A stretch of 64,000 nt of DNA from assembly GCF_030144855.1 (NCBI RefSeq), contig NC_082711.1, positions 152,954,001-153,018,000 of the forward strand, in the 5' to 3' direction. A program made the position numbers and the translations under genes. Every line of letters begins with the position of its first letter. Within the stretch, counting starts at the first letter, position 1. The notes beneath the pieces are model-generated. The model was given only the letters and a program-made list of their open reading frames with translations, searched no databases and was not told where the DNA came from. This DNA is from Hypanus sabinus. Lineage: Eukaryota. Positions 25,180 to 37,172 of the stretch are shown piece by piece.

Positions 25180-27700
25180 CTTTATTCTTCTTTATTTCAA
25201 AAATAAACTTTATTTATAATTAAAGTATATACACAAAACAATAAACGGTGCATGGTCAATTATATTCATGATCACTGCGTGTTAATTATTATTTTTTAAA
25301 ACCATTGCAACTTTTGAGGTCCTCCAGGGTGGTACACCACCTCATTGTTTGAGGGGCTGACCCAGCCAACTCAGCCCCTTCACTGTCTGGTATGGAGGGA
25401 AGGGGGGCTACTGCACAGGACCGAAAGAAGCTGTAGTAGGTTGTAAATCTAGTCAGCTCCATCTTGGGCACTAGCCTACAAAGTATCCAGGACATCTTCA
25501 GGGAGCGGTGTCTCAGAAAGGCAGTCAGTGTCCATTATTAAGGACCTCCAGCACCCAGGGCATGCCCTTTTCTCATTGTTACCATCATGTAGGAGATATA
25601 GAAGGCTGAAGTTACAAACTCAGTGATTCAGGAACAGCTTCTTCCCCTCTGCCATCCGATTCCTAAATGGAGTTTGAAGCTTTGGACACTACCTCACTTT
25701 TTAAAATACAGTATTTCGGTTTTTGCAAATTTTTAATAGTCTATTCAAAATACATAATTGACTTATTTATTTATTATTATGCTTTATTTTATTTATTATT
25801 TTTTTTCTCTCTGTTAGATTATGTATTGCATTGAACTGCTGCTGCTAAGTTAACAAATTTCATGTCACATGCCGGTGATAATAAACCTGATTCTGAAGAG
25901 GTGGAAGGAGTGTAGACTGTGGTCCTTCCCCACAGTGCCTTTGTGTTGATTGCACTGGGCCTCAGCGTGTACTCCTGCAGCCTGGGGTGTGTCGATTGGC
26001 AGCAGTTCCTTATGGACTCCTCAGCGGTGCTGGGGAACCAATAAGCTTCTGCAGACCAAAGAGCATCCATCATTCAGCTTCCAACAGTACTTACATAGAA
26101 ACATAGAAAATAGGTGCAGGAGAAGGCCATTTGGCCCTTCGAGCCTGCACCGCCATTCAGTATGATCATGACTGATCATCCAACTCAGAACCCTGTACCT
26201 GCTTTCCCTCCATACCCCCGATCCCTTTAGCCGCAAGGGCCATATCTAACTTCCTCTTAAATATAGCCAATGAACCGGCCTCAACTGTTTCCTGTGGCAG
26301 AGAATTCCACAGATTCACCACTCTGTGTGAAGAAGTTTTTCCTAATCTCAGTCCTAAAAGGCTTCCCCTTTATCCTTAAACTGTGACCCCTCGTTCTGGA
26401 CTTCCCCAACATCGGAAACAATGTTCCTGCATCTAGCCTGTCCAATCCCTTTAGAATTTTATACGTTTCAATAAGACCCCCCCTCAATCTTCTAAATTCC
26501 AGTGAGTATAAGCCTAGTTGATCCAGTCTTTCTTCATATGAAAGTCCTGCCATCCCAGGAATCAATCTGGTGAACCTTCTTTGTACTCCCTCTATGGCAA
26601 GAATGTCTTTCTTCAGATTAGGAGACCAAAACTGCACACAATACTCTAGGTGCGGTCTCACCAAGGCCTTGTACAACTGCAGTAGAACCTCCCTGCTCCT
26701 GTACTCAAATCCTTTTGCTATGAATGCCAACATAGCATTTGCCTTTTTCACTGCCTGCTGTACCTGCATGCCCACCTTCAATGACTGGTATACAATGATA
26801 CCCAGGTCTCGTTGAACCTCCCCTTTTCCTAATTGGCCACCATTCAGATAATAATCTGTTTTCCTGTTCTTGCAACCAAAGTGGATAATCTCACATTTAT
26901 CCACATTAAATTGCATCTGCCATGAATTTGCCCACTCACCTAATCTATCCAAGTCACCCTGCATCCTCTTAGCATCCTCCTCACAGCTAACACCGCCGCC
27001 TAGCTTCGTGTCATCATCAAACTTGGAGATACTGTATTTAATTCCCTCGTCTAAATCATTAATATATATTGTAAACTGGGGTCCCAGCACTGAGCCTTGT
27101 GATACCCCACTAGTCACTGCCTGCCATTCTGAAAAGGTCCCGTTTACTCCCACTCTTTGCTTCCTGTCTGCCAACCAATTCTCTATCCACATCAATATCA
27201 ATATTGATGCCTGTCGTGGTGTGTGCGACTGGGAACAGCCCGTCCCGGGGTCAGAATGTTCTGTTACGCATCTGCTTGTGTTGAACCACGCCCACTAAGC
27301 AAATTCATACTTTACAAGGAGGTGGATCACCATCTCTTCCCTACCACAGCCACCCTGAGGGCAGTGCATATCGGGGATGATACTTCACCTGACTGTCAAG
27401 GTCACTCTCTCTGTCAGCAATGTGAGATCGTGGTGAGTTCTGGCAATGAGTCATACCGACAGATGACATGGACTGTTTCCTCAGGGAACCACCCCACAGT
27501 ACCATAGGGTCTCAGACCTGCAGCATCTGCAGGTCGTCCTGTGCTGACCACTGCCAAATGCACTTGTGGTTAAAGGTGTTTACTTGGAGGATCTCGCCTG
27601 CTGAAGACAGGCAGTGTAGCAAATGGCCAGTTGACTAGTGTGCAGACCCAGATCTATCCTCCGCAACACCAGGGACAGGGAGAGTAGTTGTTAGCATAAT
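25180..27700 (-). mobile_element. Degraded Tx1/L1-like LINE 3' portion, split by a Rex-type fragment (about 25382-25895) and a CR1 (26093-27198)
   Basis: The minus-strand remnant reads GLFPVAH...|KYCWKL..DALWSA...RLQEY...KALWGRTTV continuously across the CR1. AATAAA and an A-rich tail lie near 25180-25215. Confidence 0.6.
26093..27198 (-). mobile_element. 5'-truncated CR1 LINE
   Basis: ORF 26281-27201 is the RT C-terminal half (SGVSQGSVLGP, KFDDDTKLGG, RPHLEYCVQFWSP); (ACATAGAA)n tail at 26093. Confidence 0.95.
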
Positions 27701-28489
27701 GAGGTTGTGGGTTTAATTCCCACTGCTGACTTAAGGAATTTGTAAACTCTCCCTATGAACATGTGGGTTTTCTCTGGGTGCTACGGTTCCTTCCCATATT
27801 CCAAGGACGTGCAAGGTGGCAGGTTCATAGGTCACATGAGTGCAATTGGGCTGGTCAGGCTCACTGGGCCAGAATGGCCTATTACTGTGCTGTATCTCTA
27901 ACCTTAGATTTAGCACTAGAATTAAACCTTGGCATGTGGTGACACTTGGTGCCCATGTGCTTTAGCCCCACACACAGACTGCAGGTGGCCATCAGGCTGA
28001 AGACAACATTGGGTACAATTTGGCCCCCATTCTGTGATGAGTTGTGCTTTAGGTCTATAGCAGCCAATGACAAAGTGATTACAATTGGGAGGGGGGGGGC
28101 CTGAAGGTGGATTAAGGAGATGAAAATAGACTTAGACATGCACTTACTTTAAAGCCAGATAAAGAATTATATAATTGTGTCTTGTTTAAACAGAATAGCA
28201 ATATTCTATTATTAAATGCATTTTTCTAGTCACAACATTTGATATTTTGTTTATTATATCTAATGGCTTGATAAGATACAATTTAAACTAGGTGAGTGCA
28301 ATCTGATGCAATTGGACAATGTCAGAGAGATATTTTAGAAGCATGGTGCAATCAATAGTGTCAAAGGCTGGAGAGAAGAGGAAAAGGAGTAATTTATCTT
28401 TATTACAATTTTATGGCTGATACAAGCTGTTTCATATTATGATGGGATCAGAAATCCAACAAGAGGAAGTATAAAATGCAGTTCCAGGA

Positions 28490-29640
28490 ATGATATGTAC
28501 AGACTCCTCCCACTTGTGCACCTGCATGGGCCCCAGCTATGCCACCCTTTTCGTTGGCTGTACACAACAGTGCACGTTCCAAGCTTTCCCTGGTAAAGCT
28601 CCCCACCTCTGCCTGTGCTACAGGGGAGCTGCTTCATGCACCCATACTGAGCTTGTCAATTTCATCAACTTTGCCTCTAACTTCCACCCTGCCCTTAAAT
28701 TCACCTGGTCCATTTCTGACACATCCCTCCCTTTTTTGACCTCTCCGTCTGCATCTCTGGAGACAAACTGTCTATCAACATCTTTTATAAACCTACTGAT
28801 TCCCACAGCTATCTTGACTATACCTCTTCTCACCTTGTCTCTTGTAAAAATGTTATTCCCTTTTCTCAGTTCCTTCATCTCCATCGTATCTGTTCCCAGG
28901 ATGAGAGTGTCCTTTCTAGGATATCTATGTCCTTCTTCTTCAATGGAGTTTCCCCTCGTCCTCCATTGATGCTGTTCTCACCTGCATCTCCTCCATTTCC
29001 CGGGCATCCATGCTCACTCCATCTTTCCACACCCTCAACAGGGATAAAGTTCCTCTTGTCCTCACCTACCACCCCATACAACACATCATCCTCCAAAACT
29101 ACCACCATCTTCAATGGGCTCCTCACACCAAACACATCTCTACCTCACTCTCACTCTCCACTTTCCACAGGAATTGCTCCCCCCTTGGTTCCTTTGTCCA
29201 TTCATCCTTCCCACTAATCGCCCACCCAGCACTCACCTCTGCAAGTGAAGGAAATGCTACGCCTCTCACAGTCCTTCCTCGTGAGGCAATGCCTCACCTG
29301 CAAATCTGCTGGGGTTATCTATGGTGTCTGCTGCTCCCATTGTGGCCTCCTGTACATTGGTGAGACCTGACATAAATTGGGGATCCACTTTGTCAAGAAG
29401 AATTTCTACTCACCTCTCCAATCAGATTCCTTTTTCTCCAGTCCTCTCCCTTCTAGTTCATCCTTCTTCCCACCCTTTTATTCTAGCATCTCATCCTTTC
29501 CTTCCAGTCCAAAAGAAGGGTCTCAGCCTGAAATGTAAATTGCTTATTCATTTCCATGGATGCTGCCTGACCTTCTGAGTTTCTCCAGCATTGTGTGTGT
29601 GTTACTGTTGACTTTCATCATCTGCAGAACCTCTTGTGCA
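28490..29640 (+). mobile_element. Penelope-like element remnant (RT plus terminal repeat)
   Basis: MGPSYATLFVG, FINFASNFHPALKFTWSISDTSLPFL and NRDKVPLVLTYHP motifs. It ends in the shared gaagggtctcagcctgaaatgt...gatgctgcctgacc terminal repeat. Confidence 0.85.
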
Positions 29641-29754
29641 TATGACATGTACAGACGATCAAGGTGGCCAGAGCAAATTAGGAGCCTTAATATGGGATGG
29701 TGAATTGTAAATGTGATTGGAGGAAGGGTGGGGTTGAGGATTCATTTAAATAAT

Positions 29755-30045
29755 GGGGCAGCATGGTAGCGTAGTGGTTAGCACAAAGCTGTGCAGTGCA
29801 GGTGACTCAGGTTCAATTACTGCCGCTGTCTGTAAGGAGTTTGTACGTTCTCCCCGTGACTGCATGGGTTTCCTCTGGGTGCTCTGGTTTCCTCCCACAG
29901 TCCAAGCACATACAGTTGGCAGGCTAATTGGTCATTGTGAATTGTCCTGTGATTAGGCTAAGATTCAATTGGGGGTTGCTGGTCAGCGTGGCTCAAAGGC
30001 CCAGAATGGTTATGTTGTGTGCTGTATCTCAACAAATAAATAAAT
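29755..30045 (+). mobile_element. tRNA-derived SINE with V-domain (HE1/V-SINE type)
   Basis: A-box-like tagcgtagtggttag, B-box-like ggttcaattac and core gggtttcctctgggtgctctggtttcctcccacagtcc. Related copies lie at about 2580-2830 (-), 8795-9055, 27690-27900, 31690-31950 (-), 43220-43525 and 51250-51540. Confidence 0.85.
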
Positions 30046-30371
30046 TTATAATGGCAGAAAACTGAATGAGAAGGATATTGCCTGATGGGTAAAAAACTGA
30101 ATGAAAAACAACTTGAGCAATATCAGTCAGTAAGGAAGCAAAGGAGCAATTTCAGATTGTCAATGGTACGCTAAGAACCAGGGAACAAGGTAGCTGTCAT
30201 TGAGAAGAGTGGAAAGAAGGCAGATGGTGATGTCGGATAGAAACCAGAGAAAGATTCAGTAAAAGCCATATTAACATAGAGCACTAGTAAATTTCCCACT
30301 GCTTGCCAAGTAAAAGTGAGGGGAAAAAAGATCTAATACATGTTCTGCACCATTGTTTCATTCTTTCATAG

Positions 30372-31265
30372 GTCTACAAGATTATGAGAGGCATAGATAG
30401 GGTGGATAGTCAGTACCTGTTTCCCAGGGCACAAACAGCAAACACCAGAGGGCGTATGTACAAAGTTAAGGGAGGGAAGTTTAGGGAAGACATCAGGGGT
30501 AAGCTTTTTACACAGAGGGTTGTGGGTGCCTGGAATGACTTGCCAGGGATCGTGGTGGAGGCTAAAACATTAGGGGTATTTAAGAGCCTCTTGGATAGGC
30601 ACATGGATGAAAGAAAAATAGAGGGTTACGGGGTAGTGTGGGTTTAGTACTTTTTTAAGGAATATAGGGGTCAGCACAACATCGAGGGCTGAAGGGCTTG
30701 TACTGTTCTGTAGTATTCTAGTGTTCTAGTGTTCCAGATCTGCTGCATTGCAGACAAACTGAACATTTATTCTCCAGAGGAGGTTCAAGGAAATGACCCT
30801 GGAAATAAAAGGATTAATAAATGAGAAGCGTTTGATTGATCTGGACCTACTTCCTGGAGTTTAGAAGAATAGGGAGGGAGGTATCTTATTGAAAACTATC
30901 AAATATTGAAAAGTCTAGACAGAGTGGAAGTTGAGAGGATGTTTTCAGTCATAGGGGGAACCAAAGACCAAAGCCTCAAAATAAAAGAACATTTTTTTAA
31001 AACAGAGATTAGGCTGAGTTTCTTTAGCTAGCAGATAGTGAATTTGTGGAATTTTTTGCCACAGGTGATGATGGAGGTCAAGACATTGGGTAGATTTAAA
31101 ATGGAGGTTGATAGGTTCTTGATTAGGCAGGGTGTCAAAGGTTATGGGGAGATGGCAAGAGAATGGTGTTGAGTGGGATAATAAATCACCATGATCTAAT
31201 GGCAATACAGGCTCGATAGGCCAAATGGCCTAATTCTGCTCCTGTGTCTTATGGTTTTATGGTCT
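30372..31265 (+). mobile_element. Two adjacent CR1 3' fragments
   Basis: MRGIDRVDSQYLFPR...FTQRVVGAWNDLP, followed by an older copy with the same 3' UTR motif. Confidence 0.85.
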
Positions 31266-32319
31266 TTCTATTGTACTTTTGAAGAGCAGTTCAGACTTGG
31301 GCATTTTATTATGGTGTGCAGATCTATCATGTTCTGAAGATCAAGGTCTCAGATCTTCCACAGATCTCATGATCTACTGATCAACAGTGACCTCAGCCCT
31401 CCTATATGCCTCAAAGACTTGGATTACTGTTTCTTAAGATACATTCTTGGTAAAACAATATTGATAGTATAGGCAAACCAATGTCAGAGCCTTTTTTGCA
31501 GGTCAATATCCCCAGCATTGAAACCCTAGTTACTCTCAGTCAGTTGCATTAGATAGGCCATAGTGATCACATAACTGGCATCAGTCTCCTGAAAGAAATA
31601 GACCATTTGGAACTCTGGTGTGAGAAGAGGTTACCAGGCAGATAGAGAGAAAGATTCTACAGCGTGTTCACAGCTTCAAAGCTTAACTTAAAGATGAGCT
31701 TTATTTGCCTGGCGGGAGGACATCAAAACACAGTGAACTGCGTCATTTGTGTCAAATGAAATGAACAAAGATTGTACTGGGGGCAGCCTGTAAGTAGCGC
31801 CACGCTTCTGGCGCCTCAGCAGCATACCCACAACTAAATAACCCTAGCCATAACTATACATCTTTGGCGCACCCTAAGGAAAGCCACGCAGTAACAGGGA
31901 TAGCGTGCAAACTCCTTAACAAGCAGCGGCAGGAATCAATCACTGGCACTGTAAAACAGTTGTGCAAACCACTAACCTGCCAAGTTGCTCTGTGGCCTGG
32001 CAGAAGCACAGCGTCCACACTGATTCCCGAGAATATCTCGCCTATGACTGCAAAAAATGGAGAAGGAATGTTCAGGATGGTGTTGTGAAACTTGAGGCAA
32101 TGCTCGTCCACCGAAGCAGAGAAAAGGGTGCACAGATGTCAAAGGGGGTACACGGTAGACCACCACACAAACTCTCCAATGGCTCACCTGATCAACCAAA
32201 TTCAGTCCTATACATGGGAGACACTGATGTTTCCACATTAGCCTCAATAACAACCTAAGAACTGACTAAATGAGAGTGCAAGTAGGTCACCCTTGATCCT
32301 TAGACACTGCACCAACTCT

Positions 32320-33450
32320 TTGGTGCATTATTGACTGCATTGGTGCTGGTATTTGCACTCATGACAAACGTGAAAATTTCATCACTTTTGCTGCCAATTT
32401 CCGCTCCATTCTCACCATCACCTTCACGTGGTCTACTTCTGACATGTCCTTGTCCTTCCAGTATCTCTTTTTCTCCATCTCAGAGGATGAATATTTACTA
32501 CACACAAACATTTACTACAACACCACTGACTCCAACAAATCCCTTAATTATTCTCTCCCTGCCCCACCCACCCACCCCCAAACATGTATGGTGGCCAGCC
32601 AGTGGTGCGGTGGCATCAGTACCGGACCCTGAGGTGAGAGGTGCCGGCTGGCTCCTTGCAAGCTTTCCATCCATGCTGGGTTTAGTGTTGAGCTAGCAAC
32701 TCGGGCTCGTAAAACAAGACAAAAAATTCTAAAGAAACGGTAAGGTTGCTGCCCGATGCACCACCAGGAGCGGACAGGCATTACAAACCTGTTCAGTGCA
32801 CAGATTCAACTCGATTTTCTCAGCTTCTCAGTCTGTCGTATTAGCTCAAATGATCAGACACTCCACACGGTATTTCTACACTATCCTCCTTCTCCCTGAA
32901 CTGCAACATCCCCTCTACCATAGTGGGCAGAGTCTTTCACTGTATCTTAACTATTCCCCATATTTTTGAACTCATAGGAACTCCTCCAGGTTAGGACAAG
33001 AAGGAAATTATCCCTCTTCTCACTTTACATCTTACCAGCCTCTACATTCAACAGACCATCCTTCACAATTTCCACCACTTGGACAAGATCTCAAACAAAC
33101 AAACATATACCACCCCCCCCCCCGCATTTCAAAGGAATCTCACCTTTCTGTACCCAGCTACAACTCCTCACTGTATTGGATCTTCCTATCCAACCACAAG
33201 AGGTATCAAACCTGCTGAAGGGTCTCGGCCCAAATCACCAGCTCTTTATTCCTCTCCATGGTTCCCCCAGCATTGTGTGCGCATGAGTTAACAAGAGTAA
33301 CTGTGAGCCAGTTTAACTCACCATGCCACTCCCACTCTGTCCTCTCAGTCTGTGGTCTCCTGTGCTGATACACCGAGGCCCGATATGAGCTCAAGGAACA
33401 AAGTCTCATTTATCATCTCAGAACCAGAATAAGGTTTTCTTATCACTGAC
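32320..33450 (+). mobile_element. Highly degraded Penelope-like remnant interrupted by a SINE
   Basis: Sequence is collinear with the 28490 and 58270 copies (aatttcatcacttttgctgccaatttcc; gccagtttaactcaccatgccactcccactctg). Confidence 0.65.
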
Positions 33451-33465
33451 CTATGTTGTAAAGTT

Positions 33466-33624
33466 ACACACACAAAACACAGGTGGACGAGGGGTCCTGA
33501 CGAAGGGTCTTGGCTCAAAACATCGACTGTACTTCTTCCTGTAGATGCTGCCTGGCCTGCTGCGTTCCACCAGCATTTTGTGGGTGTTGCTTGAATTCCC
33601 AGCATCTGCAGATTTTCTCATGTT
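33466..33624 (+). mobile_element. Short non-autonomous Penelope-derived element with a decayed hammerhead motif and a 14-bp TSD
   Basis: tatgttgtaaagtt at 33452-33465 and 33625-33638; gtc-CTGACGA-agggtcttggctc-AAAA-catc-gac. Confidence 0.8.
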
Positions 33625-34026
33625 TATGTTGTAAAGTTTGTTGTTTTGAGGCAGCAGCGCAGTGTGATGCATTAAAAATTGTATAAACCACAATAGGAAA
33701 CATATTTTTAAACAGTAATTTGGAAATGTTATGGACAGCAGGATTCAAATTTGAATTTTCCAACTTAAGATAACTTGCTCTTTCTTTTTGTCTCTGTATA
33801 GACTGGTTATTTGCGCCTGATTCTCCTCCCTTCTGCGTACCCCTTCCCCATCAATCCACCCCCCACATCCCAGCCAACACCTCACTTTTTTCTTTCACTT
33901 TCATGTTCTGGCATGCTTAGCAATCCCAATAAACCAGAACATACATCATCACCTGGACTTCACAATATTAGAAAGAATTACACAGACAAAGGAGATTAAA
34001 CCATCTATTCAATGGTCACACCAATT

Positions 34027-34852
34027 TGTTATGTGTGCTGAACAAACCAGGTGGAAATGGGGTCCATAGCTGGCCACTCCCCAGGAACTATGCTGCTAAT
34101 GAGAGAGAGAAATGAAGAACAGAGGTAGAGGCATCTGCTACAGATAGGAAAGAGACGATTGATTTATGTATTATGGCTTCTTCCCTGATGGAAAGGTAAA
34201 CAATCTTTTGGCTACAAGGACACTTCTTTGCTCGTTAACATTCTTGCTGAGACAACAGGGAGTGGACTAGTTTGATGGACATGGACATATTGAGTTGATG
34301 GATGGCCGATACCCCGTCAGTGGGGATAAAAGACGGGTCTGGGGAGACACCCTCAGACACACCAGTTGACACTGAAAGAGTGTTGTGCACCCACAGGAAG
34401 GTGGGGGCCTGGAGGATCGGTTCAGGAGAATCAGTCTGAAGCACGGTGGATGAAGGCAGACAGGTGGGGACTTGTGTGTCTGTCCGCCCTTGCCTGGGTG
34501 ACGAGACCATCACGGAAGAACAGTCTAGCCTGGAACGTAAGGGTCCTAATCGATGACCCCAATGGTACGACCGAACGAGAAGACGACGGATGGTTTGCCT
34601 GCTGTAGCTCAGCACCAACTGAACTGAACTCTATATTCTCTTATGACAATTCATTTACCCTTAGACTTGGTGTTGATTCTTATTCCTACACTTCTGTATT
34701 TATCATTGCTAACCTGTTTTATGTGTATATTTATAATTTTGAGACTGTATTGCTTAGTTTACTAATAAACACCTTTAGTTTCAGTACCACCAGACTCCAA
34801 CGTACCAGTTCTTTTCTGGTGGGCTGTTAACCCAGTTACGGGATACGTAACA
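34027..34852 (+). mobile_element. Solo LTR
   Basis: Inverted termini TGTTATG...CGTAACA; TATA-like GATAAAA near 34325 and AATAAA near 34764; flanks aatt / gatt. Confidence 0.75.
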
Positions 34853-36336
34853 GATTAAAGACACCCCCTTTTTTAGTTGGGTTGAACTTCCCCACTTTCC
34901 CTGCACTCCAACCAACTTGCCTACCCGTTTCTGATGAAGCGTCTTGGACCTGAATCCGTTTGCCTTTCCACGATGCGGTCTGACCTGCTGCGATTTTCCA
35001 GTATTTTTCTATTTTTGTTTCATGATCTTCCCTCACAGCCACCGCCACCACCCCATCTCACATCACATTACATTTTATCCGAAACTTTTGTAAATAAAAT
35101 CCCAGTCAAAGTAAATAGAATCGTTACACGGTATGAAAATAAAATCACGCCATGTTCTGCTGCATTCCGGCATAATTCATCTCTTGAAAGTTGACTTGTT
35201 AATTAACAGCGTGTAATTAATTTTTAATAGCGCGTCTTGAATTTATATGGCATAATTAGAATTTTGAAATTATAACATTAAATAGATTGACACTATTACG
35301 GAAAAAGGTGATGTCCTGTGCACTGTGATTAGGAATTCCTCTTCAGTGCAAGAGCACAGCGACACCTAAAGACTGCTGGTAAATGTGTTTCTTGTACTTT
35401 ATTAGTAACACAGTGTAGGTCAATTTAAAGGAAACTTGGAACAATTTACATCTTCGTCGTATAGTAGAAAGTTCATTTTTGTTAAACCCGGGAGAATAAG
35501 AAGTTTGATTAGTGTGGTACCGCCTCTATTAAATGTTTTGTTTCCAGAAAGTATTGCGAATTTCCTAGTTTCTAAGAATCCGCGTTCTTCATCACTCGCC
35601 TTTTCGAAGTGCCTTTAACCGCTGACATTGGTCAATACTTAGAAGTACAGTAATGTTTTAACACCTTCTGTGGATGCCAGAAGCTTCCGACACCCAAAAT
35701 ATTTTTATGCTTAGATTTTGAGGACATGCTGGGCTGTCAGTTCCTCAGTTTCGACTGAGGACAATATTTTGACAATATTGGTCACATTTATTTTCATTGT
35801 ATGGACCTGTGCTGTATTGTTCTCTTATCACCTCAATCGTTATATCATAATATGTTTTGAATTATATTAAAATGTGTATTACGGGAGTGGTCTGCAATGT
35901 AATAATGCAAAATATTGAAATTATATCCTAATAGAAATTCGAAATAAATATAAACCACGCACGTTGATGTAATATCTCCGGATCAATCAAGCTTGCGAGA
36001 AATGCAAAACTTCCAACGTAAAGTAAAACTTCCAACACCCTGAGTTTCTTTCTATCCTTGTGCAAGAAAGTTCATCTTAACCTCTAACAATAGCTATTAT
36101 TGAGCCTATCTAACCCCAAAACTGTAGGCTACTTTTCTACGGGTGCCATAATAGCAATACCATGAACCGTCTCAGTCGATGGGCTTCTTTTCCCGGTTTT
36201 CTAGGAGTTTTAACTACTAGTAACCGCACCGAGACTCTGCTAGACTGGTGTCTCAGATACTTTTAATGTTCACATTACCGAGCAGCGAGTCAGAGTTGAG
36301 TTATATTCGCTGCAAAGTGAAAGTGTAAATTAAATC

Positions 36337-36766
36337 ATAGAACATAGAAACCCTACAGCACAATACAAGTCCTTCGGCCCACAATGCCTTCCCGAGCATG
36401 TACTCACTTTAGAAATTACCTAGGGTTACCCATAACGCTCTATTTTTCTAAGCTCCAGGAATCTCTTAATATCTGTCCCAGAATCTCTTAAAAGACCCTA
36501 TCGTATCCACCTCCACCACCGTCGCCGGCAGCCCGTTCCACACATTCACCACTCTCTGCATAAAAAACTTACCCCCTGACATCTCTGTACCTACTTCCAA
36601 GCACCTTAAAACTGTGCCCTCTCGTGTTAGCCATTTCAGCCCTGGGAAAAAGCCTCTGACTATCCACATGATCTATGCCTCTCATCATCTTATACACCTC
36701 TATCAGGTCACCTCTCATCCTCCAACACTCCATGGAGAAAAGGCCAAGCTCACTCAACCTATTCTC
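36337..36766 (-). mobile_element. CR1 3' fragment; related copies at about 6530-6830 (+), 42459-42660 (-), 50045-50430 (+) and 3230-3335 (+)
   Basis: MRGDLIEVYKMMRGIDHVDSQRLFPRAEMANTRGHSFKV, shared with ORF 50071-50355. Confidence 0.9.
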
Positions 36767-36840
36767 GTAAGGAAATCTTTTGCTAAAGTAATTTTTTGTT
36801 ATTTTTTAAGAAAAGGCATGCCAAGAGTAATACTATAGTT

Positions 36841-36920
36841 CAGGGCTCCCCAACATTTGTTATGCCATGGACCTTTACCATTAACCGAGAGGTCCGTGGA
36901 CCCCAGGCTAGGAAACTCTG
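36841..36920. mobile_element. 80-bp hAT-type MITE
   Basis: CAG...CTG imperfect TIRs and a perfect 8-bp TSD ctatagtt (36833-36840 and 36921-36928). A related copy lies at 61959-62038. Confidence 0.85.
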
Positions 36921-37172
36921 CTATAGTTTCTTATGTAACAATTGGGTTAATTAAAATTGGAGTCATGGTAATCAAGGCAGAATAAATATTTACAGAAATG
37001 ATAACAAAACAGATGTAACGTTGATGTCTATGCAAAGATGATATAAATAAAGGCGAGTAGTAAATCTGCACCACTCTGAAGGTAACTAGGGAACCAGTGA
37101 TAACCCTCTGTACTATTCTATATCAGTTTTGCTGGTAGAACCCGTGCTAGCCTTTATGTACCGAACAGCAAA

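Noticed and set aside
29755-29830. tRNA gene
   Set aside because: A and B boxes are present, but there is no complete cloverleaf and it continues into a SINE body; it is a SINE head.
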